Source of the DNA: Eubacteriales bacterium
GTDB lineage: Bacteria; Bacillota; Clostridia; Oscillospirales; Oscillospiraceae
Direction of reading: 5' to 3'
Length of the DNA stretch: 64,000 nt
Assembly: GCA_030531505.1 (NCBI GenBank)
Contig: JAUNNH010000004.1
Span: 71,584-135,583 of the forward strand
Positions 19,295 through 29,332 of the stretch are shown piece after piece. The position numbers and the translations under genes are program-made. The notes under the pieces were generated by a model that was not told the origin of the DNA, ran no database searches, and saw only the letters and a list, made by a program, of their open reading frames with translations. Position 1 is the first letter of the stretch. Every line of letters starts with the position of its first letter.

Positions 19295-19738
19295 ATGGAT
19301 ATGACGCGGGAGGAATATCGGGAATACGCACGGCAGCGGGCACCGCGCTCACATGTGAAACGAAACGCCCTGCACGCCTTTCTGATGGGCGGCGCGATCT
19401 GCTGCCTCGGACAGTTCCTGATCGGGCTCTATACACGCTACGGCCTCGAAAAGGATGCGGCGGGCACGGCGGCCTCGATCACGCTGGTGCTGCTGGCGGC
19501 GCTGCTCACGGGGCTCGGCGTATACGACAAGCTGGCGAAGCTCGGCGGCGCGGGGACACTGGTGCCGATCACCGGCTTTGCCAACGCCGTTGCAGCTCCG
19601 GCACTCGAATTCAAGACCGAGGGGCTCATCACCGGGACGGCGGCGAAGATGTTTGTCATCGCGGGGCCGGTACTCGTCTACGGAGTGGGCAGCAGCGTGC
19701 TCTACGGCCTGCTGCTGGTGCTGCTCGCTCAGGCGTAG
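19295..19738 (+). CDS. spoVAC: stage V sporulation protein AC
   Basis: The sequence YARQRAP....NALHAFLMGGAICCLGQ... is typical of SpoVAC. The ATG at 19295 has an AGGAGGGG SD. Confidence 0.85.
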   Translation: MDMTREEYREYARQRAPRSHVKRNALHAFLMGGAICCLGQFLIGLYTRYGLEKDAAGTAASITLVLLAALLTGLGVYDKLAKLGGAGTLVPITGFANAVAAPALEFKTEGLITGTAAKMFVIAGPVLVYGVGSSVLYGLLLVLLAQA

Positions 19739-20616
19739 AGCTCCGCGATCACGCGCCGCGCGCAGTCGACAAAGCGTTGGATTTTCCGCTCGCCGCTGCG
19801 GTGCTCGGCCATGGCGATGCCGAGATGGCGGCAGGACGGAGGGTCGAGCGGCAGGGCGCGCACGTTGTAGGGCATGTCCTGCATGACGAGCTCGGAGAGG
19901 ATGCTGACGCCGAGCTTGTGCTCGACCATGGAGACGATGGCCGCGTCGTCCAGGTTCGTGTAGCGCACCCGGGAGGCGACCTTCTCCACGCGCTGGCCGA
20001 AAACGGGCGTGATATCTGCCTCAAAACCGGCCGACGGCATCAAGAATTCCGCGCCGGAGAAGCCGGAGACCGGGAAGGTCCGGGCCTCGGGCCGGTAGGC
20101 GGGGGGCAGGACGGCCACCAGCGGATCGTCCCGCAGCGGGACGTAGTGCAGGCCCTGGCAGTGCAGCTCGGAATAGCTCACGATCGCACAGTCGAGACTG
20201 TCGCTGCGCAGCTTCTCAAAAATGTCCGGGATCCCGCCGACGTCCATCGGCACATCCGTGTCGGGGTATTCCTTGCGGAATTCCGCCAGCACCGCCGGGA
20301 GCCACTGGCGAGCCACGCTCGAATACGCGCCGAGGCGCAGCGTGTCCCCACTGCTCTGCCGGAAGGCTTCGGCTGCCTGCAGCAGCGCCTGGCTCTCCGC
20401 ATGAAGACTGTGCATGTGCGGCAGCAGCGCTTCGCCCGCGGCCGTCAGCCGCACACCGCTCTTGCTGCGGATGAGCAGATCGAGCCCCAGCTCGCTCTCC
20501 AGCGAATTCATCATGTTGGTAAGCCCCGACTGGGTGTAGCCCATCTCTTCGGCCGCGGCCGTGAGACTGCCGCGCTCCACCGCGAGCAGCAGGGCGTCGA
20601 GCTTTTTTGTGTCCAT
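19729..20616 (-). CDS. LysR-family transcriptional regulator
   Basis: The N-terminal HTH is LDALLLAVERGSLTAAAEEMGYTQSGLTNMMNSLE, followed by a LysR substrate-binding domain of the expected length. Confidence 0.9.
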   Translation of the reverse strand: MDTKKLDALLLAVERGSLTAAAEEMGYTQSGLTNMMNSLESELGLDLLIRSKSGVRLTAAGEALLPHMHSLHAESQALLQAAEAFRQSSGDTLRLGAYSSVARQWLPAVLAEFRKEYPDTDVPMDVGGIPDIFEKLRSDSLDCAIVSYSELHCQGLHYVPLRDDPLVAVLPPAYRPEARTFPVSGFSGAEFLMPSAGFEADITPVFGQRVEKVASRVRYTNLDDAAIVSMVEHKLGVSILSELVMQDMPYNVRALPLDPPSCRHLGIAMAEHRSGERKIQRFVDCARRVIAELYA

Positions 20617-20857
20617 AAGATATCACTTTCTCATACTTGGCGCATCCATAACGATTCCTTATGGTATTCATAATAATCCAGCGTTTGAGAAATTGCAAGA
20701 GGCATGGTATAAATAGGATATCAGTACGAAGCAGAGTCATTGCTCCGAGCGGGTTTCCTGAGGCACCTGCGTTTCAGGGATGGTACGGGATGGTGGCTCG
20801 CTTTTCGTTTCTGGCGTTCGTCCTTGCGTAAAGGGCAAAGAGAAAGGAGAGATTGTA

Positions 20858-22393
20858 ATGGAAAACAACCGCAGTTCATGGGGCAGCAACATAGGCTTCC
20901 TGCTCGCTGCCATCGGTTCGGCTGTCGGTCTGGGCAACATCTGGGGCTTCCCCTACAAGATGGGCAAGAGCGGCGGCTTCACCTTCCTCATCGTATACCT
21001 GCTGCTGGCTGTCTTTGTCGGTATGATCATCATGGTCTCGGAGCTGGCCGTCGGCCGCAAGACCAAGCTGAGTCCCATTGACGCCTACCAGAAGGTCTCC
21101 AAGAAGTTTGCCTGGATCGGCTGGCTCGCGACCATCGCGCCCTTCCTGATCATGAGCTTCTACACCGTGCTCGGCGGCTACTGCCTGCAGTACATCGCGC
21201 TGAACATGACGAAGCTGTCGTTCGGCAATGACTCTGTTGCGATGAGCGGCGGCGAGGTCTTCGGCGCCATGCTGACCACCCCGCTCGGCTGCGTGGTGTT
21301 CACGTTGCTGTTCATCGTCATCTGCATGGTCATCGTGCAGGGCGGTGTCTCCGGCGGTATCGAGAAGTTCAACAAGGTCGGCATGCCTGCGCTGTTCGTG
21401 ATGCTGCTCATCATCATCGTGCGTTCCCTGACCCTCCCCAACGCGGTCGAGGGCCTGAAGTTCATGTTCGTTCCCGGCTATGCGGTGAAGGCCGGCTTCA
21501 TTGAATCCAGCCCGAACCTGATCACCGTCCTCGGCACCGCCGGCGGCCAGATGTTCTTCTCGCTGTCGCTGGCCATGGGCGCCATCCTGACCTACGGCTC
21601 CTACCTGGGCAAGGAGGAGAACCTGGTCAAGAACTCCGCCATCATCGTCGTCTCCGATACCCTGATCGCCCTGGTGGCCGGCATCGCCGTCATCCCCGCC
21701 GCCGTTGCCAACGGCATTGCGCAGGGCACCCCCGTGGGCCAGATCAAGCTCGGCGGCCCGAACCTGCTCTTCGTTACCCTGCAGGACGTGTTCTCCAACA
21801 TGGGTAAGCTGGGCCCCCTGTTCGGCGTCATCTTCTATGTCCTGGTCCTGATCGCCGCCATCTCCTCCGCCATCTCCCTGATGGAGACCATCGCCGCCCA
21901 CTGGATCGACAAGGATCTGGCCAAGGGCGAGACCGATACCCGCAAGCAGCGCGTGCTGATCGTGTCCCTGCTGATCCTGCTCGAGGCCGTTATCGTCGCG
22001 GCGGACGGCCTGGGCTCCAACTTCAGCCCCGCGAGCCTGCTCGGCATCAGCACCGTTCCCACCTTCCTGGACTGCTTCCTCGACTTCATGGACTGCTGGT
22101 CTGAGGGCATCGCGATGCCTCTCGGCGCCATGCTGATGGCCCTGATGGTCGGCTGGGAGACCGGACCCGACCTGGTTCTGGACGAGGTCGCGCACGGCGA
22201 TCCCTCCGAGGGCTTCAAGAAGTTCTATCGCCTCTGCATCAAGTTCATCGTGCCCATCGTCATGGCCTTCGTGCTGGCCGGTCAGATGATCGATTTCTTC
22301 GGCGGCAGCCAGATGATCTGGTACGTGGTCGCGGTCCTGCTGCTCGTCGGCTTCTGGGCCTTCGCCTTCCCCGGCAGCAAGAAGGAAGAGTAA
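20858..22393 (+). CDS. sodium-dependent transporter, SNF (neurotransmitter:sodium symporter) family
   Basis: WGSNIGFLLAAIGSAVGLGNIWGFPY is the NSS signature and about 11-12 TMs follow. The ATG is at 20858. Confidence 0.9.
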   Translation: MENNRSSWGSNIGFLLAAIGSAVGLGNIWGFPYKMGKSGGFTFLIVYLLLAVFVGMIIMVSELAVGRKTKLSPIDAYQKVSKKFAWIGWLATIAPFLIMSFYTVLGGYCLQYIALNMTKLSFGNDSVAMSGGEVFGAMLTTPLGCVVFTLLFIVICMVIVQGGVSGGIEKFNKVGMPALFVMLLIIIVRSLTLPNAVEGLKFMFVPGYAVKAGFIESSPNLITVLGTAGGQMFFSLSLAMGAILTYGSYLGKEENLVKNSAIIVVSDTLIALVAGIAVIPAAVANGIAQGTPVGQIKLGGPNLLFVTLQDVFSNMGKLGPLFGVIFYVLVLIAAISSAISLMETIAAHWIDKDLAKGETDTRKQRVLIVSLLILLEAVIVAADGLGSNFSPASLLGISTVPTFLDCFLDFMDCWSEGIAMPLGAMLMALMVGWETGPDLVLDEVAHGDPSEGFKKFYRLCIKFIVPIVMAFVLAGQMIDFFGGSQMIWYVVAVLLLVGFWAFAFPGSKKEE

Positions 22394-22438
22394 AACCAAC
22401 ATACGTCACAACGCCTCACACAGCACTCCATAAAAAAG

Positions 22439-22460
22439 GCCCCGGGCATCTGCCCGGGGC
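22439..22460 (+). terminator. hairpin after SNF transporter gene (weak U-tract)
   Basis: The stem is gccccgggca/tgcccggggc. Confidence 0.5.
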
Positions 22461-22555
22461 TGATTCTATTCTACCCGAGCCCTGCAGGTCCGGTTGCATT
22501 CTTCCGGGGAATGGGGTACAATCGTCCCAACCAAGAGTAAAGCGGGCGCAGAGAC

Positions 22556-24787
22556 GTGGAACATGTGAGCATTCAAATACACGGCATCGTGCAGGGCGTG
22601 GGCTTTCGCCCCTTCGTGCACAGGCTGGTGAGCGAGTTCGGCCTCACGGGGACGATCCGCAACACCTCCTCCGGCGTGGCGCTGGAGCTGGAGGGCGAGC
22701 GGGCGACCCTGGAGGCTTTTGTGCGCTCTCTGCCGGAGCGCGCGCCGCAGCTCGCGCAGATCGACCGGCTCGAGACGGCGTACAGCCTCGCGCTCGCCGG
22801 GTATACGGATTTCCGGATCCTCCCGAGCCTGCGCGAGGAGAAGCGCAATACCCTCGTCTCTCCGGACATCGGGATCTGCCCGGACTGCCTGCGGGAGCTG
22901 CATGATCCGCGGGACCGGCGTTATCGCTATCCCTTTATCAACTGCACCAACTGCGGCCCGCGCTTCACGATCATCCGCGACCTGCCCTATGACCGGCCGC
23001 TGACCTCGATGGCGCGCTTTCCGATGTGCCCGGACTGCGAACGGGAATACCACGACATCACGAATCGCCGCTACCATGCGCAGCCGGATTGCTGCCCGGC
23101 CTGTGGACCGCAGCTTTTCTTCTGCGATGCGGAGGGGCGGCGCATCTCCGGCGACGCGATCGCGCTGGCCCGGGAGATGATCTGCGCCGGCGGTATCGTC
23201 GCCATCAAGGGCCTCGGCGGCATGCACCTGGCCTGCCGGGCGGACGACGCGGCGGTCGCCGCGCGCCTGCGGCGGCGCAAGGAGCGGGACGAAAAGCCCT
23301 TTGCTCTCATGTGCCGGGATGTGGAGGCCGCGCGGCGGCTCTGCCATGTCAGCCGGGCGGAAGAGGCGCTGCTCACGAGTGTCCACCGGCCCATCGTCCT
23401 GCTGAGAAAGCGGGAGGACGGGCTCCGGCACCTGAGCGAGAACCGCTCGCTCGGCGTGATGCTGCCCTACACACCACTCCACGTCCTGCTGCTGGACGAG
23501 GAGCCGGATACGGTCGTACTGACCAGCGCGAACCTCTCCGATACGCCGATCCTATATCAGAATGAGGAGGCGCTGGAAAAGCTGCGCGGGATCGCGGACG
23601 GCTTCCTCCTGCACGACCGGGATATCCAGACCCGCTGCGACGACTCGCTGTTCATGGTCCTGGACGGTCAGGACTATCCGTTGCGCCGCTCGCGCGGCTA
23701 TGTCCCCTACCCGCTGCGCGTTCCCGGCAGCCGCGGCGGCATCCTCGCCTGCGGTGCGGAGCAGAAGGCCAGCTTTTGCCTCTCGCGGGGGGACAGTGTC
23801 TTCCCGAGCCAGCATATCGGCGATCTCAAGAATTACGAGACCCTCGCACACTATGAACAGCAGATCCGCCGTTTTGAGCGGCTCTTCGACCAGAAGCCCG
23901 CGCTCCTGGTCTGCGACCTGCACCCGGACTATCTCTCCACGGCCTACGCGCAGGAGCGCGCCGCGGCTGAGGGCCTGCCCCTTATTCAGGTCCAGCACCA
24001 TCACGCCCATATGGCCGCCTGTATGGCGGACAACGGCCTGACGGAGGACTGCATCGGTCTGATCTGGGACGGGACCGGCTACGGCAGCGACGGGACGATC
24101 TGGGGCGGGGAATGCCTGATCGGCGGTTACCGGGACGTCCGACGCTTCGCGAGCCTGCGGCCGATCCCGCTGATCGGCGGGGACAGGGCCGTGAAGGAAC
24201 TCGACCGTGTGGCCTTCGCGCTGCTGCGCGAAGCGGATTGCCCGACGGCGGAGATCCCGGATGCGCCGCGCTATGAGACGCTGCTCACCGCCGGGCTCAA
24301 CTGCCCCATGAGCTCCGGGATGGGCCGCCTCTTCGACGGCGTGGCTGCGCTCCTCGGTGTGAAGACCCTCGCAAGCTACGAGGGACAGGGCGCCGTGCTG
24401 CTGGAGGCTGCGGCGGACGAGGAGGAGACGGGGCGCTGGCCCCTGGCGTTCGAGGAGGGCGAGCTGCTGCGCTGCGACTGGCGCGGGATGATCCGCGCGC
24501 TTGTCGCCGAGCGGGATGCCGGCACCGACGCGGCAGTCCTGGCGGCCCGCTTCCTGAACACGCTCCTCGATCTCGCCGTCGAAGTCTGCCGCCGCGCGGC
24601 GGAGGCGAGCGGCCTGCGGGATGTCGTGCTCTCCGGCGGCAGCTTCCAGAATCGTTACCTGATGGAGCGCCTGCCCGGGATGCTGTGCGCAGCGGGGCTG
24701 CGGCCCCATGTCCACCGCCGCGTCTCCTGCAACGACGAGGGCCTCAGCCTCGGTCAGCTCATGATCGCCGAGGAAAGGCGGAAATAA
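22556..24787 (+). CDS. hypF: [NiFe] hydrogenase maturation carbamoyltransferase HypF
   Basis: It has the acylphosphatase motif GIVQGVGFRPFV, two zinc fingers (CPDCLRELHDP...CTNCGPRF and CPDCEREY...CPACGP), and YrdC and Kae1-like regions. Confidence 0.95.
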   Translation: MEHVSIQIHGIVQGVGFRPFVHRLVSEFGLTGTIRNTSSGVALELEGERATLEAFVRSLPERAPQLAQIDRLETAYSLALAGYTDFRILPSLREEKRNTLVSPDIGICPDCLRELHDPRDRRYRYPFINCTNCGPRFTIIRDLPYDRPLTSMARFPMCPDCEREYHDITNRRYHAQPDCCPACGPQLFFCDAEGRRISGDAIALAREMICAGGIVAIKGLGGMHLACRADDAAVAARLRRRKERDEKPFALMCRDVEAARRLCHVSRAEEALLTSVHRPIVLLRKREDGLRHLSENRSLGVMLPYTPLHVLLLDEEPDTVVLTSANLSDTPILYQNEEALEKLRGIADGFLLHDRDIQTRCDDSLFMVLDGQDYPLRRSRGYVPYPLRVPGSRGGILACGAEQKASFCLSRGDSVFPSQHIGDLKNYETLAHYEQQIRRFERLFDQKPALLVCDLHPDYLSTAYAQERAAAEGLPLIQVQHHHAHMAACMADNGLTEDCIGLIWDGTGYGSDGTIWGGECLIGGYRDVRRFASLRPIPLIGGDRAVKELDRVAFALLREADCPTAEIPDAPRYETLLTAGLNCPMSSGMGRLFDGVAALLGVKTLASYEGQGAVLLEAAADEEETGRWPLAFEEGELLRCDWRGMIRALVAERDAGTDAAVLAARFLNTLLDLAVEVCRRAAEASGLRDVVLSGGSFQNRYLMERLPGMLCAAGLRPHVHRRVSCNDEGLSLGQLMIAEERRK

Positions 24788-24830
24788 AAAAGGACGCTCC
24801 GGATCCCGAAAGGATCCGGAGCGCCTTTTT
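24786..24830. terminator. bidirectional terminator between hypF and the [FeFe] hydrogenase gene
   Basis: The sequence is aaaaa-ggacgctccggatcc/ggatccggagcgcc-ttttt. Confidence 0.8.
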
Positions 24831-24841
24831 GTATGAGGCCC

Positions 24842-26359
24842 TTACTCTTCCGCCTCTTCCAGCCTCTCTGCGATCGGGCTTTCTCCGGCGCTGAGCGCCT
24901 CGGCCGCCGCGGCGTAGCGCTTGACGGCCGCAGTTGCCTGCAGGACAGGGGAGATGGTCCCGGCACCGGCCACGCAACCACCGGGGCAGGCCATGCCCTC
25001 GAGCAGATAGCCGTCGCGCTGGCCCTTTTTCGCCGCCAGCAGCATGTTGCGGCAGGCCTTGAGCCCGTCACCGAACTCGGTCAAAACCTCGCGCTGCGGG
25101 TCGAGATGGGAGATATACTCCTTGACGGCGCCGGCGACGCCGCCAACGACCGCAAAGCCGCGCCCCGCAGCGGTGCCGGTACGGAAATCCTCGTCTCCCT
25201 CATCGGGGATGAGAGCGGAGAAGTCGATCTCCTTGGCGGCGAACATGCCGTTGAGCTCCTCGAAGGTCAACACGAAGTCGACGTCGGAGCGCACGGTGCG
25301 GCGGCTAGCCTCCAGCTTTTTGGCGGCGCAGGGTCCGATGAAGACGATCTTGGCGTCGGGGTTGTCCTTTTTGACGATGCGGGCGGTGATCACCATGGGG
25401 GTGAGCGCCATGGAGATGTTCTCCGCAAACTCAGGAAAGAGCTTCTTGGCCATCACGCTCCATGCAGGGCAGCAGGAGGTCCCCATCCAGGGGATGTTCT
25501 GCGGTACGTTCTCCAGAAAGTCCTTTGCCTCTTCGATCGTGCAGAGGTCCGCGCCGATGGCCACCTCGACCACATCGGCGAAGCCGAGGATGCGCATGGC
25601 CTTCCTGATCTTGGCGGGGGTGGCGCCCTTGAACTGGCTGACGAAGGCGGGCGCCACGATGGCGATGACCCGGGTGCCGCCCCGGATGGCCTGGATGAGC
25701 TGGAAGATCTGGCTCTTGTCGGCGATGGCGCCGAAGGGACAGTTCACCAGGCACATGCCGCAGGAGACGCATTTGTCGTAGTCGATCTTGGCACGGCCCA
25801 GCTCGTCCGAGCCGATGGCATCCATGCCGCAGGCGCTGGCACAGGGCCGCTCCATGCGGCTGATGGCGTCATAGGGACACTGATTCAGGCAGCGGCCGCA
25901 TTTGATACACTTTTCCTGGTCGATATGGGAGCGGTGGTCCTCCCCGATGTAGATCGCATGCTTCGGGCACACGTTCATGCAGGGGCGCGAGACACAGCCC
26001 TGACAGTTGGAGGAGATGCGGATCTCCTTTTCCGGGCAGGCGTTGCAGGCGAAGGGAATGATGTTAACCAGCGGCGGCTCATAATACTTTTCGGGGATGC
26101 TCGCCTCCGCAATGCCCTTGCTCGCCGGGCCGAACTCTGCGGCCGTGCGCAGCGGCAGCCCGCAGGCCAGGCGCAGCCGCTCCACGACTACCGCCCGTTC
26201 CCGGAACACGTTGTCGCGATATTTGGCCGTTTCGCCCGGTACGATCTTATAGGGGATCTCGTCGATCCGGGAATAGTCCCCACCTTCATAGGCGAGCCTC
26301 GCCACCTCGGCGAAAACTTCCCGGCGGAGATCGTCAATAGCGCTGTGTACTCCTCTCAT
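24842..26359 (-). CDS. [FeFe] hydrogenase-like protein (multiple 4Fe-4S clusters + H-cluster domain)
   Basis: H-cluster motifs are present: L1 GTSCCPAW, L2 GPCAAKKLE (variant), L3 EGMACPGGCVAGAG. Four ferredoxin-type Cys motifs are also present. The internal ATG (MRGVHS) at 26357-26359 has an AGGAGG SD. Confidence 0.85.
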   Translation of the reverse strand: MRGVHSAIDDLRREVFAEVARLAYEGGDYSRIDEIPYKIVPGETAKYRDNVFRERAVVVERLRLACGLPLRTAAEFGPASKGIAEASIPEKYYEPPLVNIIPFACNACPEKEIRISSNCQGCVSRPCMNVCPKHAIYIGEDHRSHIDQEKCIKCGRCLNQCPYDAISRMERPCASACGMDAIGSDELGRAKIDYDKCVSCGMCLVNCPFGAIADKSQIFQLIQAIRGGTRVIAIVAPAFVSQFKGATPAKIRKAMRILGFADVVEVAIGADLCTIEEAKDFLENVPQNIPWMGTSCCPAWSVMAKKLFPEFAENISMALTPMVITARIVKKDNPDAKIVFIGPCAAKKLEASRRTVRSDVDFVLTFEELNGMFAAKEIDFSALIPDEGDEDFRTGTAAGRGFAVVGGVAGAVKEYISHLDPQREVLTEFGDGLKACRNMLLAAKKGQRDGYLLEGMACPGGCVAGAGTISPVLQATAAVKRYAAAAEALSAGESPIAERLEEAEE

Positions 26360-26533
26360 ACAGGACCTCCTAAGTGTTATAGAAGCAGTATAACATGATT
26401 TTGACCAAAAAACCATGCTTCGTTTGTTTTTTATTGCAGGTGCCAAAGAAGCGGCGTTTGGGGGCGCCTTTTGGCAAGAAAACTATTCAAAACGCAGAAA
26501 AGCGGAAGAGCTGTAAAAAGGTGGAATTCAGAC

Positions 26534-26562
26534 TTGCTTTCCCGGTGAGACTGCGCTAAAAT
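26534..26562 (+). promoter_or_regulatory. candidate sigma-A promoter of the hyp-mbh operon
   Basis: TTGCTT (26534-26539), a 17-nt spacer and TAAAAT (26557-26562), about 58 nt upstream of hypC. Confidence 0.5.
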
Positions 26563-26619
26563 GACGTTGAATATACTGATAAAATAATAACAAATAATAA
26601 CAGGAGGAAAAGCGTCTCT

Positions 26620-26838
26620 ATGTGCCTGGCTGTTCCCCTGAAGTTAATAGAGATCAACGGCTGCGACGCCGTCGGGGAATCTCTCGGCATGCGCCGCCCG
26701 CTGCGGGTGGATTTCATCCCCGAGCCGAAGATCGGCGACTACGTGATCGTGCACGCGGGCTTCGCCATCGAGCGGCTGCCCGAACAGCAGGCGCTGGAAG
26801 ATCTGGAGAGCTGGGAGGAGCTGCGCGATGTCCTTTGA
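26620..26838 (+). CDS. hypC: hydrogenase assembly chaperone HypC
   Basis: It has the N-terminal MCLAVP motif and is 72 aa long. Confidence 0.9.
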   Translation: MCLAVPLKLIEINGCDAVGESLGMRRPLRVDFIPEPKIGDYVIVHAGFAIERLPEQQALEDLESWEELRDVL

Positions 26839-27898
26839 GGCCGGAAAGCTCCTGCGGGCCATGGCGGAGCTGCCGCTGGGCCCGGTGCGGCTCATGGAGG
26901 TCTGCGGGACGCATACGATGGCGATCGCGAAGGCGGGCATCAAATCTGTCCTGCCGGAGAACGTGACGCTGCTCAGCGGCCCGGGCTGCCCGGTCTGCGT
27001 GACCCCGGCGGAGGAGATCGACGCGGTGCTCGCGCTTGCGATGGAGCCCGGCGTGATCCTCACAAGCTATGGCGACATGCTGCGTGTCCCGGGCAGCCGC
27101 CCGGGGGACAGTCTGCTGCGCCGCCGCGCCCTGGGCGCGCGGGTGGAGATCGTCTACTCCCCGATGGATGCGGTGGAGCTCGCCGCCCGGAACCCGGACA
27201 AAGAGGTGGTATTCCTCGGCGTGGGCTTTGAGACCACGGCGCCCGGGACCGCCGCCGCGGTACTGAACGCGCGGGAGCGCGGGATCCGGAATTTTACGCT
27301 CTGGAGCATACTCAAGACCGTGGAGCCCGCCCTGCGGGCGCTGATCGCGGCCGAGGGCTTTTCCGTGGACGGCTTTCTCTGCCCCGGCCATGTGGCGACC
27401 GTGATCGGCGCGGAGGGCTTTGCCTTTCTGCCGCGGGACTACGGGCTGCCCGCTGTGGTCGGCGGCTTTGAGGCGGAGGATATCCTCCTGGCGGTCTATC
27501 TGTTGCTGCGGCAGTTGACCGACGGGACGCCGAAGTTACAGAACGCCTATCCCCGCGCGGTCTCACAGAGAGGAAACGTCCTGGCGCAGGAGATGATCGC
27601 ACGCTGCTTCGAGCCCTGCGCGGACAGCTGGCGCGGCCTCGGAACGATCCCGGCGAGCGGCCTGCGGCTCCGGGAGGAGCTGCTGGATTTCGACGCGCGT
27701 GCGCGTTTCGCCGTCAGCGTCTCCTCGGAACCGGCGCCGACCGCCTGCCGCTGCGGCGAGGTGATCTGCGGCCGCATCGCCCCGGAAGGCTGCCCGCTCT
27801 TCGGGAAGCGCTGCACGCCGGAAGACCCGGTGGGACCCTGCATGGTCTCTTCCGAGGGGGCCTGCGCCGCGGCCTACAAATACGGACAAGTTGTGTGA
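26828..27898 (+). CDS. hypD: hydrogenase formation protein HypD
   Basis: The motifs MEVCGTHT, GPGCPVCVT and FLCPGHV are present. Confidence 0.95.
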   Translation: MSFEAGKLLRAMAELPLGPVRLMEVCGTHTMAIAKAGIKSVLPENVTLLSGPGCPVCVTPAEEIDAVLALAMEPGVILTSYGDMLRVPGSRPGDSLLRRRALGARVEIVYSPMDAVELAARNPDKEVVFLGVGFETTAPGTAAAVLNARERGIRNFTLWSILKTVEPALRALIAAEGFSVDGFLCPGHVATVIGAEGFAFLPRDYGLPAVVGGFEAEDILLAVYLLLRQLTDGTPKLQNAYPRAVSQRGNVLAQEMIARCFEPCADSWRGLGTIPASGLRLREELLDFDARARFAVSVSSEPAPTACRCGEVICGRIAPEGCPLFGKRCTPEDPVGPCMVSSEGACAAAYKYGQVV

Positions 27899-27901
27899 AG
27901 A

Positions 27902-28900
27902 ATGGAAGAACTGATTACGCTTGACTACGGCAGCGGGGGCAAGAAGACTGCGCGCCTGATCGAGAAGACGATCCTGCCCGCACTGCAGAATCCCTATCTG
28001 GGCGAGCTCGGGGACGGGGCGATCCTCCCCGGCGCGGCGGAGCTGGTCTTCTCCACCGACAGCTTTGTGATCGACCCGCTCTTTTTCCCGGGCGGGGACA
28101 TCGGAAAGCTCGCCGTCTGCGGCACGGTGAATGACCTCGCCGTCTGCGGGGCGGAGCCGAAATATCTGAGCCTGGCGCTGATCCTGGAGGAGGGCTTCCC
28201 GCTCTCCGACCTCGAGCGCGTGATGGCCTCGCTGCACGCCGCGGCGGAAAAGGCGGGTGTCCAGGTCGTGACCGGCGACACCAAGGTGGTGGAAAGAGGC
28301 CGGGGCGACAAGCTCTATATCAACACCGCCGGCATCGGCTTCCTGAAGTACCCCGGGCTCAGCCCGCGGGCGATTCGGGAGGGCGACGCGGTGCTGGTCT
28401 CCGGCACGGTGGGCGACCACGGCACGGCGGTGATGCTCAGCCGCAGCGGCCTGATGCAGGGGGAGCTCGTCTCCGACTGCGCGGCGCTCAATTCCCTGTG
28501 TGAGGCGATCCTGTCCTGCGGGGCGGCGGTGCGCGTGCTGCGCGACCCGACGCGCGGCGGCGTTGCCACGACGCTCAACGAGTTCATCGAGGGCACGGCC
28601 CTCGGCATCGAGCTGGACGAGGGGGCCGTCCCCGTCCGGCCGCAGGTGACGGCGGCCTGCGAGCTGCTGGGGCTCGATCCCCTCTACTGCGCCAACGAAG
28701 GCAAGCTCCTCGCGGTGGTCGCGGCGGAGGACGCCGAAAAGGTACTGGCGGCGATGCGCGGCACCCCGGAGGGACGGGATGCGGCGCGCATCGGGACCGT
28801 GACGGGGGATTGCCCCGCTAAACTTGTCGCACGGACGGCGCTGGGAGGCCGGCGCGTCCTGCAGAAATTGACGGGAGCACAGCTTCCGCGAATTTGCTGA
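27902..28900 (+). CDS. hypE: hydrogenase expression/formation protein HypE
   Basis: It has the AIR-synthase-like fold pattern and a C-terminal ...PRIC with the thiocyanate-carrying Cys. Confidence 0.93.
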   Translation: MEELITLDYGSGGKKTARLIEKTILPALQNPYLGELGDGAILPGAAELVFSTDSFVIDPLFFPGGDIGKLAVCGTVNDLAVCGAEPKYLSLALILEEGFPLSDLERVMASLHAAAEKAGVQVVTGDTKVVERGRGDKLYINTAGIGFLKYPGLSPRAIREGDAVLVSGTVGDHGTAVMLSRSGLMQGELVSDCAALNSLCEAILSCGAAVRVLRDPTRGGVATTLNEFIEGTALGIELDEGAVPVRPQVTAACELLGLDPLYCANEGKLLAVVAAEDAEKVLAAMRGTPEGRDAARIGTVTGDCPAKLVARTALGGRRVLQKLTGAQLPRIC

Positions 28901-28933
28901 TAAACAAAAACGGAAATAGAGAGGTGATGTTTC

Positions 28934-29332
28934 TTGCAGGAGTACAAACGAATCGACATTCAGAAAGACCAGATCGTACCCATTGCAGAGCAGATGCGGA
29001 AAAACGGGATCTATCTCGTGATGATCCACGCCTTCCGCAACAAGGACGGACAGATGGACGTGTCCTGGGACTACGCCGTGGACCCGGCTATTGAGTCCTA
29101 TCATGTGGTGGGCGAGGAAGTCCTCCCCTCGATCGGCGGGATCTACGACGTGGCGGCCACCTGGCCCGAGCGTGAGCTGAACGAGCTGTTCGGCCTCACC
29201 TTCGAGGGCCTCGACACCAGCCAGCGTCTGTTCCTGCCGGAGGAGATGCTGGATCCGCAGGGCAAAGGCCAGATCATGGTCATGCCCTTGAGTGAGCTCG
29301 TGGAGCGCAATGGAAGGGGTGAGAGCAAATGA
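28934..29332 (+). CDS. group-4 [NiFe] hydrogenase NuoC-like subunit (MbhK/EchD-equivalent)
   Basis: It carries the NuoC 30-kDa signature ...WPERELNELFGLTFEG, has a TTG start, and overlaps the large subunit gene by 4 nt. Confidence 0.8.
   Translation: MQEYKRIDIQKDQIVPIAEQMRKNGIYLVMIHAFRNKDGQMDVSWDYAVDPAIESYHVVGEEVLPSIGGIYDVAATWPERELNELFGLTFEGLDTSQRLFLPEEMLDPQGKGQIMVMPLSELVERNGRGESK

Noticed and set aside
26584-26603. The direct repeat AATAATAACA x2 in the hypC 5' leader.
   Set aside because: It is a short, AT-rich duplication next to the SD and could arise by chance in an AT-rich leader. There is no supporting structure or second occurrence.
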